Shown here in pieces: positions 27,464 to 37,595 of a stretch of 64,000 nt of DNA. The stretch's first letter is position 1; each line of letters opens with the position of its first letter. Under the pieces are notes generated by a model. That model was not told where the DNA came from and searched no databases. It worked only from the letters and a program-made list of their open reading frames with translations. The position numbers and the translations under genes are program-made. Origin of the DNA: Vulcanimicrobiales bacterium (GTDB lineage Bacteria; Vulcanimicrobiota; Vulcanimicrobiia; Vulcanimicrobiales; Vulcanimicrobiaceae); contig JBBRLI010000006.1 of NCBI GenBank assembly GCA_038231455.1, positions 96,001-160,000 on the forward strand, read 5' to 3'.

Positions 27464-28345
27464 GTGGGGCACGTCTCCGTATTGCCCGCCGAGTCAATCG
27501 CGGCGCTTGCTCTCGTCCCGGACGGCACGTATGTCGATGCGACGTTCGGAGCGGGCGGTCATACGGCGTTGATGCTCGCGGCACTCTCGCCCGCGGGGCG
27601 GATCGTTGCCTTCGATGCGGATCCCGACGCGCGCGAGCGCGATCTGCGGGACCCGCGCGTGACGCTCGTGCATGCAAACTTTCGCGCGTTGCGCTCGGAA
27701 TTGGAAGCGCGTGGGATCTCACAGATCGATGGGATTCTCTACGACTTGGGGACGAGTTCGATGCAACTCGATAGCGCCGATCGCGGCTTCTCGTTTCGCG
27801 AAGACGCGCCGCTCGATATGCGCATGGATCCGACGCAAGGCGAATCGGTCGCCGAACTTCTTGCCGAGCGCGAAGAAAAAGAAATCGCCGACATCATCTT
27901 TGAATTCGGCGACGAACGCGCAGCGCGCCGCATCGCGCGCGCGATCGTCCAGAAGCGTACGATTGGCCGCGTGCCGACGACGACGGGAGAACTCGCTTCG
28001 CTCGTCTCGGGCGTCGTGCATCAAGCGGGCAAGCGCGAACGCACGCATCCCGCAACGCGCACCTTTCAGGCGCTCCGTATTGCGGTCAACGACGAACTCG
28101 GCGCGTTACGCGACTCGCTCGATGCAGCGATGGGCGTCGTGAAACCCGATGGTCGGATCGCCGTCATCAGCTTTCACTCCCTCGAAGACCGCATCGTGAA
28201 GACGACCTTCCGTGACGATCCGCGCGTCGCGCGGGTGACGCGCAAACCGATCGTGCCCACAGGTGAAGAAACCGCCGCCAATCCCCGTTCGCGTAGCGCG
28301 AAGCTCCGCGTTGCCGCCGTTCTTGCTCAGGAGTCCGACGCATGA
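27464..28345 (+). CDS. rsmH: 16S rRNA m4C1402 methyltransferase
   Basis: DATFGAGGHT, DLGTSSMQLD, PLDMRM, FHSLEDR, NPRSRSAKLR. Confidence 0.97.
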   Translation: MGHVSVLPAESIAALALVPDGTYVDATFGAGGHTALMLAALSPAGRIVAFDADPDARERDLRDPRVTLVHANFRALRSELEARGISQIDGILYDLGTSSMQLDSADRGFSFREDAPLDMRMDPTQGESVAELLAEREEKEIADIIFEFGDERAARRIARAIVQKRTIGRVPTTTGELASLVSGVVHQAGKRERTHPATRTFQALRIAVNDELGALRDSLDAAMGVVKPDGRIAVISFHSLEDRIVKTTFRDDPRVARVTRKPIVPTGEETAANPRSRSAKLRVAAVLAQESDA

Positions 28346-28776
28346 TTGCCCCGCAGCGAGTTCCCCAATACGAGATCCCGCGTTCGCGCGAACGCGCAAA
28401 ACAGGCTACCCGCCGACGGTCGACGCGCGCCAAAGCGCGTGCGTACGTCGGTCTTGGGCGTATCGCGGTTGCCGTCGGCCTCATCGTCGTTCCGCTCATG
28501 GTGTATGTGATGCTCACGGCGAACCTCACGGGCATGCACTATGCGGTCGCGCGCGCGGAGACGCAGCGTACGACGCTCACGGATGAAACGCAGCGCCTCG
28601 ACGATAAAATTGCGCAGCTCGAATCGCGCGAACGCCTCTCGGCCGTCGCCGCAAAACTCCATATGCACGATCCGCGCGAGTACGCGGTCGTCGCCTTACC
28701 GAATCCCGCCGCGAAGCCGAAACCCAAAGGCATTGCGTTTCTCGGGAGCATGGGCGACTGGTTCAGTCGGCAGTAG
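28342..28776 (+). CDS. ftsL: FtsL-like cell division protein
   Basis: Basic N-terminus, one TM, coiled coil; canonical position between rsmH and PBP. Confidence 0.7.
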   Translation: MIAPQRVPQYEIPRSRERAKQATRRRSTRAKARAYVGLGRIAVAVGLIVVPLMVYVMLTANLTGMHYAVARAETQRTTLTDETQRLDDKIAQLESRERLSAVAAKLHMHDPREYAVVALPNPAAKPKPKGIAFLGSMGDWFSRQ

Positions 28777-30528
28777 GTGGCCGCACGTTCGTTTTCGCGC
28801 GTCGCTCCCGGGCGCGCGAAGATCACGTTCTACGCGATCGTCGGGATCGCGCTTTTTCTTTCTTGGCGGCTCTATGACGTCCAGATCCGTCAAGGTCCGC
28901 ATTTAGCGGCGATCGCCCAAAGCCAGCGTTCCGATACGGTCGAACTCTTTGCCAAGCGCGGCACCATCACCGATCGCGAGGGCAACGTGCTCGTGCGCTC
29001 GATGCCCTCCGAGAGCGTCTCCGCCGTCCCGACGAATATCGTCGATCCGCTCAAGACCGCAACGGAACTCGCGCCGATCCTCGGCATGAAAGCGCACGAT
29101 ATCGAGCTTGCGCTGCGCGATCGTTCGCAGTTCCGCTGGCTAGCGCGAAAAATCTCGCACGACGTCGCGCTTCGCGTCGCCGCGCTCAATGTTACCGGTA
29201 TCGCGATCGTTCGGGAAGAGACGGGCACGCGCTTTACGCCTGCCGGTCATCTCGCATCGACCGTGCTTGGCTTTGTCGGCGTCGATGAATCCGGGCTCGA
29301 GGGGCTCGAGTCGGCATTCGATACGTATCTGAGAGGCACGACCGGAAAGATGAAAATCGAGGCCGATCAGTTCGGCCGTGCGATTCCATTTGCCGAGACG
29401 CGGATCATCGAAAAAGCGCACCCCGGTCGCCACATCCAACTCGCGCTCGATTCGTACTTGCAGTTCGCAACGGAACGCGCGCTGCGCGACCGCGTGCACG
29501 AATCGCACGCGCGCAGCGGCACGGCGATCGTCATGGATCCGAACACGGGCGAGATTCTCGCGCTTGCAAACGCGCCCGATTACGAGCCCGCGCACTTCTA
29601 CCGCTTTTCGGCCGACGCCAGGCGCGACCGCGCAGTGATGGATGCCTACGAGCCGGGTTCGACGTTTAAATTGATAACGGCGGCCGCCGCGCTCGAGTCG
29701 CACCATATCGGACCCAATGCCATGTTTCCAGCGCTCGATTCGCTTGAAGTCGGCGGCCGGGTCATTCACAATGCCGAGGACGGCCTGATGGCGGGCGGCG
29801 GCGGAAGCGAATCGCTCGAGCAGATCATCGCGCTCTCGCACAATGTCGGCGCGGCCGAGATCGGCATCGCGACAGGTCCGCGCGATCTTTATAAAACGAT
29901 CCGCGCGTTTGGCTTCGGCGACCCCACCAACATCGAACTTCCCGGTGAAAATCCGGGCATCGTGCCGCCGCCCGATCAGTGGAGCGGCAGCTCCACCGCG
30001 ACGATTTCGTTTGGCCATGGGATCTCGACGACGCCGATCGCGCTCGTGCGCGCGTATGCCGCAATCGCCAACGGCGGTTTGCTGCTGCGCCCGCGTATCG
30101 TACACGCACTCATCGGTGAAGACGGCGCCCCGTTCTTCACCTACCCAACGGAAATCGAACACCGCGCGATCTCTGTGCAGACCGCGGCGACCTTGCGCCG
30201 CTATCTCCGGGCCGTCGTCATGCGCGGCACCGGGAAAGACAACGCGCAAATTCCCGGGTATACGACGGCTGGGAAAACCGGCACCGCGCAAGTGGTCGAA
30301 AACGGACGCTACGAACCGGGCGAATACATCGCCTCGTTTATCGGGTATGTCCCGGCGGAACGTCCGAAGTTCGTGATTTTTGTGAAGATCGAGCGGCCGC
30401 GCGGCGTGTACTACGGCGGCACGGTCGCAGCACCGGTGTTCGCGCAACTCGCGCGCATTGCAATGCTGCATGCGGGCGTCTTGCCGACGGCGGCGGCAAA
30501 ATCGCGGCTCGCGGCGAAAGCGCCGTAA
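28777..30528 (+). CDS. ftsI: Class B penicillin-binding protein (FtsI/SpoVD-like)
   Basis: RGTITDR, EPGSTFK (SxxK), SHN (SxN), KTGTAQ. Confidence 0.92.
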   Translation: MAARSFSRVAPGRAKITFYAIVGIALFLSWRLYDVQIRQGPHLAAIAQSQRSDTVELFAKRGTITDREGNVLVRSMPSESVSAVPTNIVDPLKTATELAPILGMKAHDIELALRDRSQFRWLARKISHDVALRVAALNVTGIAIVREETGTRFTPAGHLASTVLGFVGVDESGLEGLESAFDTYLRGTTGKMKIEADQFGRAIPFAETRIIEKAHPGRHIQLALDSYLQFATERALRDRVHESHARSGTAIVMDPNTGEILALANAPDYEPAHFYRFSADARRDRAVMDAYEPGSTFKLITAAAALESHHIGPNAMFPALDSLEVGGRVIHNAEDGLMAGGGGSESLEQIIALSHNVGAAEIGIATGPRDLYKTIRAFGFGDPTNIELPGENPGIVPPPDQWSGSSTATISFGHGISTTPIALVRAYAAIANGGLLLRPRIVHALIGEDGAPFFTYPTEIEHRAISVQTAATLRRYLRAVVMRGTGKDNAQIPGYTTAGKTGTAQVVENGRYEPGEYIASFIGYVPAERPKFVIFVKIERPRGVYYGGTVAAPVFAQLARIAMLHAGVLPTAAAKSRLAAKAP

Positions 30529-31967
30529 TGCTCGACATGGGGACGCTTGCTGCGTTCGTTCCCGAGGGTCGTCTCGTCGGTTCTCCCGATATCGCCATCT
30601 CGGCGCTGGCGACGGACTCGCGCCGCGTTACGCCGGGAACGGTGTTCGTTGCGCTGCGCGGCGCGCATGTGGATTCGCATGCGTTCGTCGGTCAGGCAAT
30701 CGAGCGCGGTGCCGTCGGTGTCGTTCTCGAACAAGAGCAAGCGCTCGCCGTCCCGCAACTGATCGTACCGGATGCAACGCTCGCGCTCTCAACCTTGAGT
30801 GCAAAATTCTTTGGCGATCCCTCGGCGCGCATGCACGTCGTGGGCATTACCGGAACCAACGGCAAGACAACGACGACGCACCTCGTTCGAGCAATTCTCG
30901 AGGCGGCCGGCCGTTCGTGCGGCGTGATCGGAACGCTTGGCGCTTCGCTCGGCGGTCGCGCGTGGTCGCTTGAAAACACGACGCCGCTCGCGCTCGAACT
31001 CCAGGGTCTCCTGGCGACGATGCGCGACGGCGGCGCGTCGGCGGTCGCAATGGAAGTCTCTTCGCACGCGCTCGCGCTGCACCGCGTCGATGACGTGCAT
31101 TTCGCCGTCGCGGCATTCACGAATCTCACGCGCGATCATCTCGACTTCCACGCGACGCCCGAAGCCTACGAAGCTGCGAAGCGGCGTTTGTTCGACCTCG
31201 CACCGATTGCCGTCGTCAACGTCGATGACGCCGCGGGCGTGCGGCTGGCCGAAGACCTGCGCGCGCGCGGCACGCAGACGATTGCGTACGCTATCCGTGC
31301 GAAGAATGCGGATCTCATCGCGCGCGACGTTGTCGTTCGGAGCGAAGGCTCGACCTTCACGCTCGATGACCGTTTCGTGAAACTCTCGCTTCCCGGCCGG
31401 TTCAACGTTGAGAATGCGCTCGCCGCAATCGGCATCGCCGATGCGCTCGGGATCGCGCGTTCGGTTGCGATCGAAGCACTTGCCGATGTCGCTGCGCCGC
31501 CTGGGCGCATGGAACGCATCGCAAGCGACGGCATCGATGTTATCGTCGACTATGCCCATACGCCCGATGCCCTGAGTAACGTGCTGCAAGCCGCACGCGA
31601 GGGCACGCGCGGGCGCCTGGTCGTCGTCTTCGGTTGCGGCGGCGACCGCGATCCGGGCAAGCGCCCGCAAATGGGCGCGATTGCCGCGCGGCTTGCCGAT
31701 CGCGCCATCGTGACCTCGGATAATCCACGCAGCGAAAATCCGCAAGCGATCGCCGATGCGATCCTCGTCGGTGGCAAAGGCGAGGTCGAACTCGACCGCG
31801 GCGCGGCGATCCGTCGCGCGATCGCCGATGCGCGTGCGGGCGACGTCGTGGTGATCGCGGGCAAAGGTCATGAAACATACCAGATCATCGGCGATCAGAC
31901 GCGTCACTTCGACGATCGAGAAGAAGTGCGCGCCGCGTTGGTCGCACGTTCGGCGGGTGCCGTATGA
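30528..31967 (+). CDS. murE: UDP-MurNAc-dipeptide:meso-DAP ligase
   Basis: GITGTNGKTT, MEVSSH, DYAHTPD, SDNPR (DAP specificity), AGKGHE. Confidence 0.96.
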   Translation: MLDMGTLAAFVPEGRLVGSPDIAISALATDSRRVTPGTVFVALRGAHVDSHAFVGQAIERGAVGVVLEQEQALAVPQLIVPDATLALSTLSAKFFGDPSARMHVVGITGTNGKTTTTHLVRAILEAAGRSCGVIGTLGASLGGRAWSLENTTPLALELQGLLATMRDGGASAVAMEVSSHALALHRVDDVHFAVAAFTNLTRDHLDFHATPEAYEAAKRRLFDLAPIAVVNVDDAAGVRLAEDLRARGTQTIAYAIRAKNADLIARDVVVRSEGSTFTLDDRFVKLSLPGRFNVENALAAIGIADALGIARSVAIEALADVAAPPGRMERIASDGIDVIVDYAHTPDALSNVLQAAREGTRGRLVVVFGCGGDRDPGKRPQMGAIAARLADRAIVTSDNPRSENPQAIADAILVGGKGEVELDRGAAIRRAIADARAGDVVVIAGKGHETYQIIGDQTRHFDDREEVRAALVARSAGAV

Positions 31968-33343
31968 TCGTGCGTTTTGCCGAGGCGATCTCGGCGCTCG
32001 ATGCGCGCATTCTTGGCGCCGGCGTGCCGCCGCGTTCACTCGAAATCACGACCGATACGCGCGCCGTCATACCGGGTCAAACATTTCTTGCCTTACGCGG
32101 CGAACGCTTCAACGGACACGACTTTGTCGCGCAGGCACTGGCCGCGGGCGCTGCCTGCGCGATCGTTTCCGATGCAAGCGTCATCCCGCCCGAGGCGTGT
32201 GGTTTGCTCGTTGCCGACACGCTCGTGGCGTACATGACGCTTGCGGCGCTCGCCCGCGGTCAGCGGCACGGAACGGTGATCGCGATTACCGGCAGCACGG
32301 GTAAGACGACGACGAAGTCGTTCTTGCGCGATCTCATCGCCCGCTGCGGCCACGACGTTCAAGCGACGCCGGAAAATGAAAACAACGAGATCGGTGTGAG
32401 CAAGTTTCTCCTGAGTCTGTCACCGGGCGAAGACGAGTCGGTTGCCATCGTCGAGATGGGTGCGCGTCACGCGGGCGACATCGCGCCGCTGGCACAGATG
32501 GCTCGACCGCACGTCGGTATCCTTACCAATATCGGCGAGGCGCACTTGGAGATTATGGGCTCGCGCGAAGCAATTGCCGAAACGAAGTGGGGCCTCTTCG
32601 CAAGTGGTGCGCGCGCGGTCATCGGCCTTGCCGATGCGGCGTCGCGCGCGCGTGCGGCCAGTCTGCCCCAGGTGCCGCAGTGGTTCGGCATCGACGATGA
32701 AAGCGTCCCGGCAACCGAACATGCCGCAATCGTCAATGGCACGCATGAACTCGTCGTCCACGAACGCGGCAGCACGACGCGCTATCCGATCGACGTGCGC
32801 GTACCGGGCGATCACAATCGTGCCAACATCGCTGCGGCGATCGCGGGCGCGATCGCGGTCGGCATCGATCCGGCGCAGCTCGCGCCGCATGTTGGCGCAC
32901 TCGAACTCCCGCACGGCCGTTACGAGAAATTCATCGCCGGTGATGTGACGATCGTTTTCGATGCGTACAACGCCTCGATGAGCGGTACGCTTGCGACGCT
33001 TTCGGCATTCGCTGCGGAGTCTGCGGAGCGGCGGATCGCGGTCCTCGGCTCGATGGCCGAGCTCGGTCCGGATGCCGCCTCCATGCACGAACTCGTCGGT
33101 GAAGCGGCCGCGCACAGCAACCTCGACGCGCTGATCGTCGGCGGTGCTTTTGCGGATGCGATCGCTCGCGGCGCGCGTCGGAGCGGTTTTTCCTCAGATG
33201 CCATTCACTCGTACGAAGACAACATCCATGCAGCAAAGCTTCTGCGCGAGCTCGCCCGGCCCGGTGATATCGTGCTGCTTAAAGGCTCCCGGATGTACAA
33301 GATGGAGCAAATCGCGGAGGCGTTTGGGGTGAGCGTCCGATGA
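31964..33343 (+). CDS. murF: UDP-MurNAc-tripeptide:D-Ala-D-Ala ligase
   Basis: ITGSTGKTTTK, NNEIG, DAYNAS, LGSMAELG, LLKGSR. Confidence 0.96.
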   Translation: MIVRFAEAISALDARILGAGVPPRSLEITTDTRAVIPGQTFLALRGERFNGHDFVAQALAAGAACAIVSDASVIPPEACGLLVADTLVAYMTLAALARGQRHGTVIAITGSTGKTTTKSFLRDLIARCGHDVQATPENENNEIGVSKFLLSLSPGEDESVAIVEMGARHAGDIAPLAQMARPHVGILTNIGEAHLEIMGSREAIAETKWGLFASGARAVIGLADAASRARAASLPQVPQWFGIDDESVPATEHAAIVNGTHELVVHERGSTTRYPIDVRVPGDHNRANIAAAIAGAIAVGIDPAQLAPHVGALELPHGRYEKFIAGDVTIVFDAYNASMSGTLATLSAFAAESAERRIAVLGSMAELGPDAASMHELVGEAAAHSNLDALIVGGAFADAIARGARRSGFSSDAIHSYEDNIHAAKLLRELARPGDIVLLKGSRMYKMEQIAEAFGVSVR

Positions 33344-34032
33344 TGCCGCTGGCCGTTCACGAACCGCCGCTACCCGATGGCCTCGTCGCGATCCCCGTGC
33401 GCACGCGCCTTGTCGGCGCCGGCGACGATTTGCTCGCACTCGTGCGCGAAGCGCTGCGCGGCATCGCCAAACCCGGCGACGTCGTGGCGATCGCGGAAAC
33501 CGCTGTTGCGATCGCCCAGCGCCGCTTCGTGCCTGCCGAATTCGTGCGACCCTCGATGCTTGCATATCAGCTCTCGCGCCGAGCCGGGGCGCTTGCGACC
33601 GTGAGCCAACCGGAATCGCTGCAGATTGTGATCGATCAAGTCGGCACGTGGCGCGTGGTGTACGCCGCCGCCGCGCACGTCGTGGGTCGACTGCTCGGCA
33701 AGCACGGGATGTTTTATGAAATTCTGGGCGAGGCGATTGCGGCAATCGACGGCTACACCGGCACGCTTCCGCCGTACGAACGCGCGATTGTCTTCGGTCC
33801 GCTCGAACCCGATCGCGTCTGCGCGGAGTTTGCCGCAGCGCTCGACATGGGCGTTGCGATCGTTGATGCCAACGATCTGCGTAAGGCCAAAGCCTTAGGC
33901 GTCTCGCCGAACCTCGTGCGCACGCACGTGGAACTGGCACTGCTCGGCAACCCGCACGGCAATTCCGACGAGCAAACGCCGCTCGTCGTCTTGACGTGGC
34001 GCGGCGCGGGAAAGAATCCGCTCTGCGCATGA
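33340..34032 (+). CDS. CofE-like (F420-0:gamma-glutamyl ligase fold) protein of unknown function
   Basis: IPVRTRLV..GDDL, GDVVAIAETAVAIAQ.R, AIDG.TGT.PPY...IV.GP, VAIVDANDL, NP.GN.DEQTP.V; ATGA overlaps with murF and mraY. Confidence 0.8.
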   Translation: MMPLAVHEPPLPDGLVAIPVRTRLVGAGDDLLALVREALRGIAKPGDVVAIAETAVAIAQRRFVPAEFVRPSMLAYQLSRRAGALATVSQPESLQIVIDQVGTWRVVYAAAAHVVGRLLGKHGMFYEILGEAIAAIDGYTGTLPPYERAIVFGPLEPDRVCAEFAAALDMGVAIVDANDLRKAKALGVSPNLVRTHVELALLGNPHGNSDEQTPLVVLTWRGAGKNPLCA

Positions 34033-35027
34033 ATGTCGCCGCGCTCGCCGCCTTGCTCATCACCTTCGGCATCGCATACGCGCTCGCGCCACTGCTGATC
34101 GAACGGCTGCATGCGCTCAAATACGGACAGCTTGCCTACGAAGATGCGCCGAAGACGCACCTAAAGAAATCCGGCACGCCGACGATGGGCGGGTTGCTCT
34201 TCCTCATCGCGCCGCTCGTGCTGCTCGTTTTCGATCGGAGCCGTAGCGCCATCGGCCTTGCGGTGCTGGTAATCGGAATGGCGACGATCGGCTTCCTCGA
34301 TGACTACGCGTCGATCAAAGCGGGACGCAACCGCGGTTTGCGCGCGCGCGAAAAGTTTCTTGCGACCGCTGTTATTGCTGCCGCGTTTCTCTGGATCGTC
34401 GGCGGTGAAGCCTTTACCGGCGCGTGCGGTCTGCGGCCGCTGCAAGCGAGCGGCCTGTATTGGTTCGGACACGCGTGCGGACTTGCGGTGCCCCTCTGGC
34501 TCTGGTGGGCGCTCGGCATCCTTGCGATCACGGGCTCGACACACGCCGTGAATTTGACCGACGGTCTGGACGGACTCGCGGCGGGAACGATCGTGCCGCC
34601 GCTGATCGTTCTGTTTCTCTTCGCGCAGTTCTTCGCGGGTACGACGAGCGCGGCGACGCTATGTGCGGCAAGTTTGGGCGCGATCGGCGCGTTCCTGATT
34701 TTTAATCGTCACCCTGCGCGCGTCTTCATGGGCGATACCGGATCGCTCGCGCTCGGCGGCTTGCTCGCCGGGACGGCAATCGTCAGCGGGGCGACGTTGA
34801 TCGTTCCCATCATCGGCGCGGTGTTCGTTGCCGAAGCACTCTCCGTTATGATACAAGTGGCATCGTTCAAAATGACCAAACGTCGCGTTTTCCGTATGAG
34901 CCCGCTTCACCATCACTTCGAACTCGGCGGCTGGCCGGAGACGAAAGTCACGCGCCGCTTCTGGACGGCATCGGTCGCCGTCTCGGCGCTCGCACTCGTC
35001 CTTGCCTTTGCGGTGAGGAGCGCATGA
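34029..35027 (+). CDS. mraY: Phospho-MurNAc-pentapeptide transferase
   Basis: KSGTPTMGG, GFLDDY, NLTDGLDGLA, FMGDTGS, PLHHHFE. Confidence 0.97.
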   Translation: MNVAALAALLITFGIAYALAPLLIERLHALKYGQLAYEDAPKTHLKKSGTPTMGGLLFLIAPLVLLVFDRSRSAIGLAVLVIGMATIGFLDDYASIKAGRNRGLRAREKFLATAVIAAAFLWIVGGEAFTGACGLRPLQASGLYWFGHACGLAVPLWLWWALGILAITGSTHAVNLTDGLDGLAAGTIVPPLIVLFLFAQFFAGTTSAATLCAASLGAIGAFLIFNRHPARVFMGDTGSLALGGLLAGTAIVSGATLIVPIIGAVFVAEALSVMIQVASFKMTKRRVFRMSPLHHHFELGGWPETKVTRRFWTASVAVSALALVLAFAVRSA

Positions 35028-36439
35028 ACGATCGTCCAACCGGAACGTTCGATCGCGACGAGCACGTCCTGGTCATCGGTCTTGGCCGCAGCGGACGCGC
35101 GAGCGCCGAAGTGCTGCGCGAACGCGTCGGCTCGCTGATCATTACGGATGAAAAACCCGAAAGCGAGCTGCGCGAGGCAATTGCCGACCTAGCAGCGCTC
35201 GGCGTGCGTTTCTTCGCACCCGACCAACTCGGCCCCGAGCTTGCGTCGATCACCGCCGCCGTGCTCTCGCCGGGTATCCCGCTCAACGGCGAACTCGTGC
35301 GCCGAATTCAGAGCGCGGGTATCCCGGTCTTCAGCGAAGTTGAAGTGGCCTATCGCATTTGCAAAGCGCCGATCGTCGCGGTTACCGGCACCAAAGGAAA
35401 GACGACGACGACAACGCTGATCGGCGAAATTTTCAAACGCGCCGGCAAGACCACCTTTGTCGGCGGCAATATTGGCAATGCGCTCATTCACGAGACGGCG
35501 ATTGCGACGGCAAACGACTGGATCATCGCCGAGGTGAGTTCGTTCCAACTCGAAACGATTCGTTCGTTCAAACCGAAAATTTCGGCGATCACCAACCTCT
35601 CACCCGACCATCTCGATCGCTACCACTCGATGGACGAGTACGCGGAAGCAAAGTTTCGCATCTTTGCAAATCAAGGCCCGGGCGACACGTTCGTCGGCAA
35701 TTTCGATGACGAGCGCATCGCTGCGCTCCTGGCCGGCGGCGAAGACGAACGCTCGCGTATCCATACGCAAGCACGCTGGTTCGCGCGCGAACCGCACCGT
35801 GAGACGGCGCTCTATCTGCGCAACGAGCACACGATCGTCTACGCGCCGCCGACGGGCGATCCGCGTCCGGTTGAGATCATGGACGTCGCCGAGATCCCGC
35901 TGCTCGGCAACCACAATATCGAAAACGTGATGGCCGCGATTCTCGTCGGTCTCTCCGCGGGTCTCGAGCGCGAAGCGATCGCTTCGGCCGTGCGCGACTT
36001 TCAAGCGCTCTCGCACCGGCTCGAAACCGTCGCCGATGCGGGCGGCGTACTCTACGTCGACGATTCGAAGGCCACCAATCCCGGGAGCGTGATCGCGGCG
36101 CTGCGTTCGTTCGGGCGTCCGATCGTGCTCATCGCCGGCGGCAAAGCCAAAGGCACGGACTTTGCCGAACTCGGCCGCGTCGCAAGCTCGCGCACGAAAG
36201 CCGTCGTCCTCATCGGCGAGGCGGGCCCCGAGATCGCAAAGTCGGTCAAGCGTGCGGCGGTGTCGTTTGCCGACTCGATGGCAGACGCCGTCGAGCAGGC
36301 GATGAAGATCGCAACATCGGGCGATGTCGTGCTGCTCTCACCGGGCTGCGCGTCATTCGATATGTTCCGTTCGGCGGAAGACCGCGGCGAACAGTTCGCC
36401 GCTGCCGTGCGCGATCGCGTCGGTGTTCGTGTACCCTAG
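35024..36439 (+). CDS. murD: UDP-MurNAc-L-Ala:D-Glu ligase
   Basis: GLGRSG, VTGTKGKTTTT, EVSSFQL, DDSKATN, LSPGCASFD. Confidence 0.97.
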   Translation: MNDRPTGTFDRDEHVLVIGLGRSGRASAEVLRERVGSLIITDEKPESELREAIADLAALGVRFFAPDQLGPELASITAAVLSPGIPLNGELVRRIQSAGIPVFSEVEVAYRICKAPIVAVTGTKGKTTTTTLIGEIFKRAGKTTFVGGNIGNALIHETAIATANDWIIAEVSSFQLETIRSFKPKISAITNLSPDHLDRYHSMDEYAEAKFRIFANQGPGDTFVGNFDDERIAALLAGGEDERSRIHTQARWFAREPHRETALYLRNEHTIVYAPPTGDPRPVEIMDVAEIPLLGNHNIENVMAAILVGLSAGLEREAIASAVRDFQALSHRLETVADAGGVLYVDDSKATNPGSVIAALRSFGRPIVLIAGGKAKGTDFAELGRVASSRTKAVVLIGEAGPEIAKSVKRAAVSFADSMADAVEQAMKIATSGDVVLLSPGCASFDMFRSAEDRGEQFAAAVRDRVGVRVP

Positions 36440-37595
36440 CGCGCGAGCAGGCCGGGTCGCAGGCCGAGACCGCGAGCCTGCCGCGAAGCTGCATCAAAGC
36501 GCGCTTGGGCCGCCCGATGCGCTGTTGTTCGCCGTCGTCGCGGCGCTCATCGGTATTGGTCTTGTGATGATCTACAGCGCGTCGAGTGCGACGGCGTATG
36601 CCGATTTCCACGACACCGCGCACTATCTCAAGCGCCAATCGATGTGGCTCGTCGTCGGCCTTGTGGTGTCGTTTGCCGCGTATCGCTGCGACTACCGCAA
36701 ACTCAAGGCGCTCGCGCCATTTGCCGTCGGCGTAACCGTCGTCGCGCTACTGCTCACGCTGATCCCGCACATCGGCTTTTCGGTCGGCGGCGCACGGCGC
36801 TGGCTTGGGATCGGCCCGCTCAGCTTTCAGCCCTCGGAGTTTGCGAAGCTGGCTCTCGTTCTCTATCTTGCAACGGCGCTCGGAAACTGGGGCGAGCGCG
36901 TGCGGTCGCTCTCGCGCGGTGTCTTTCCGATCATGTGCGTCGCGCTCGCGCTCGCACTTCCGATTCTCGTCGAACCCGATATGGGAACGGCCTCGCTGCT
37001 CATCTTCACGACGTTCGTGATGCTCTTCGTTGCGGGCGCACGCGTCGAGCACATCCTCATGGTGGTCCTTGCAATGCTGCCCGCCGTTGCGATCACGATT
37101 GGTGCGAGCGCGTACAAACGCGCGCGCATCCTTGCTTTTCTCGATCCTTGGAAAGACGCGCAGAACGCCGGCTTCCACATCGTTCAATCGCTTTTGGCGC
37201 TTGGCAGCGGCGGGGCACTTGGCGTTGGTCTCGGCGCCTCGCGTCAAAAGTTTTTCTATCTGCCCGAGCAGTTCAACGACTTCATCTTTGCGATCATCGG
37301 CGAGGAACTCGGACTGCTCGGAACGATCTCGGTGGTCATTCTTTTCCTGTTGCTTGCATATCGCGCCGTGCGGATCGCCCTGAATGCGCCGGATCGTTTC
37401 GGATTTTTCCTCACGATCGGCTGCACGTGCATCATCATCATTCAGGCCTTCATCAATATCGGGGTGGTAACGTCATCGTGGCCGGTCACCGGCGTGCCGC
37501 TCCCGTTCATTTCTGAGGGCGGGACGTCGCTCATCGTTTCGATGATCGCCGTCGCCCTCATCATCAACGTCGGCCGACACCGCTCCACCCGATGA
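36429..37595 (+). CDS. ftsW: SEDS peptidoglycan polymerase FtsW
   Basis: GARRW, QPSEFAK, EPDMG, YLPE..NDFIFAIIGEELG, PVTGVPLPFIS.GG; start approximate. Confidence 0.95.
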   Translation: MYPSARAGRVAGRDREPAAKLHQSALGPPDALLFAVVAALIGIGLVMIYSASSATAYADFHDTAHYLKRQSMWLVVGLVVSFAAYRCDYRKLKALAPFAVGVTVVALLLTLIPHIGFSVGGARRWLGIGPLSFQPSEFAKLALVLYLATALGNWGERVRSLSRGVFPIMCVALALALPILVEPDMGTASLLIFTTFVMLFVAGARVEHILMVVLAMLPAVAITIGASAYKRARILAFLDPWKDAQNAGFHIVQSLLALGSGGALGVGLGASRQKFFYLPEQFNDFIFAIIGEELGLLGTISVVILFLLLAYRAVRIALNAPDRFGFFLTIGCTCIIIIQAFINIGVVTSSWPVTGVPLPFISEGGTSLIVSMIAVALIINVGRHRSTR

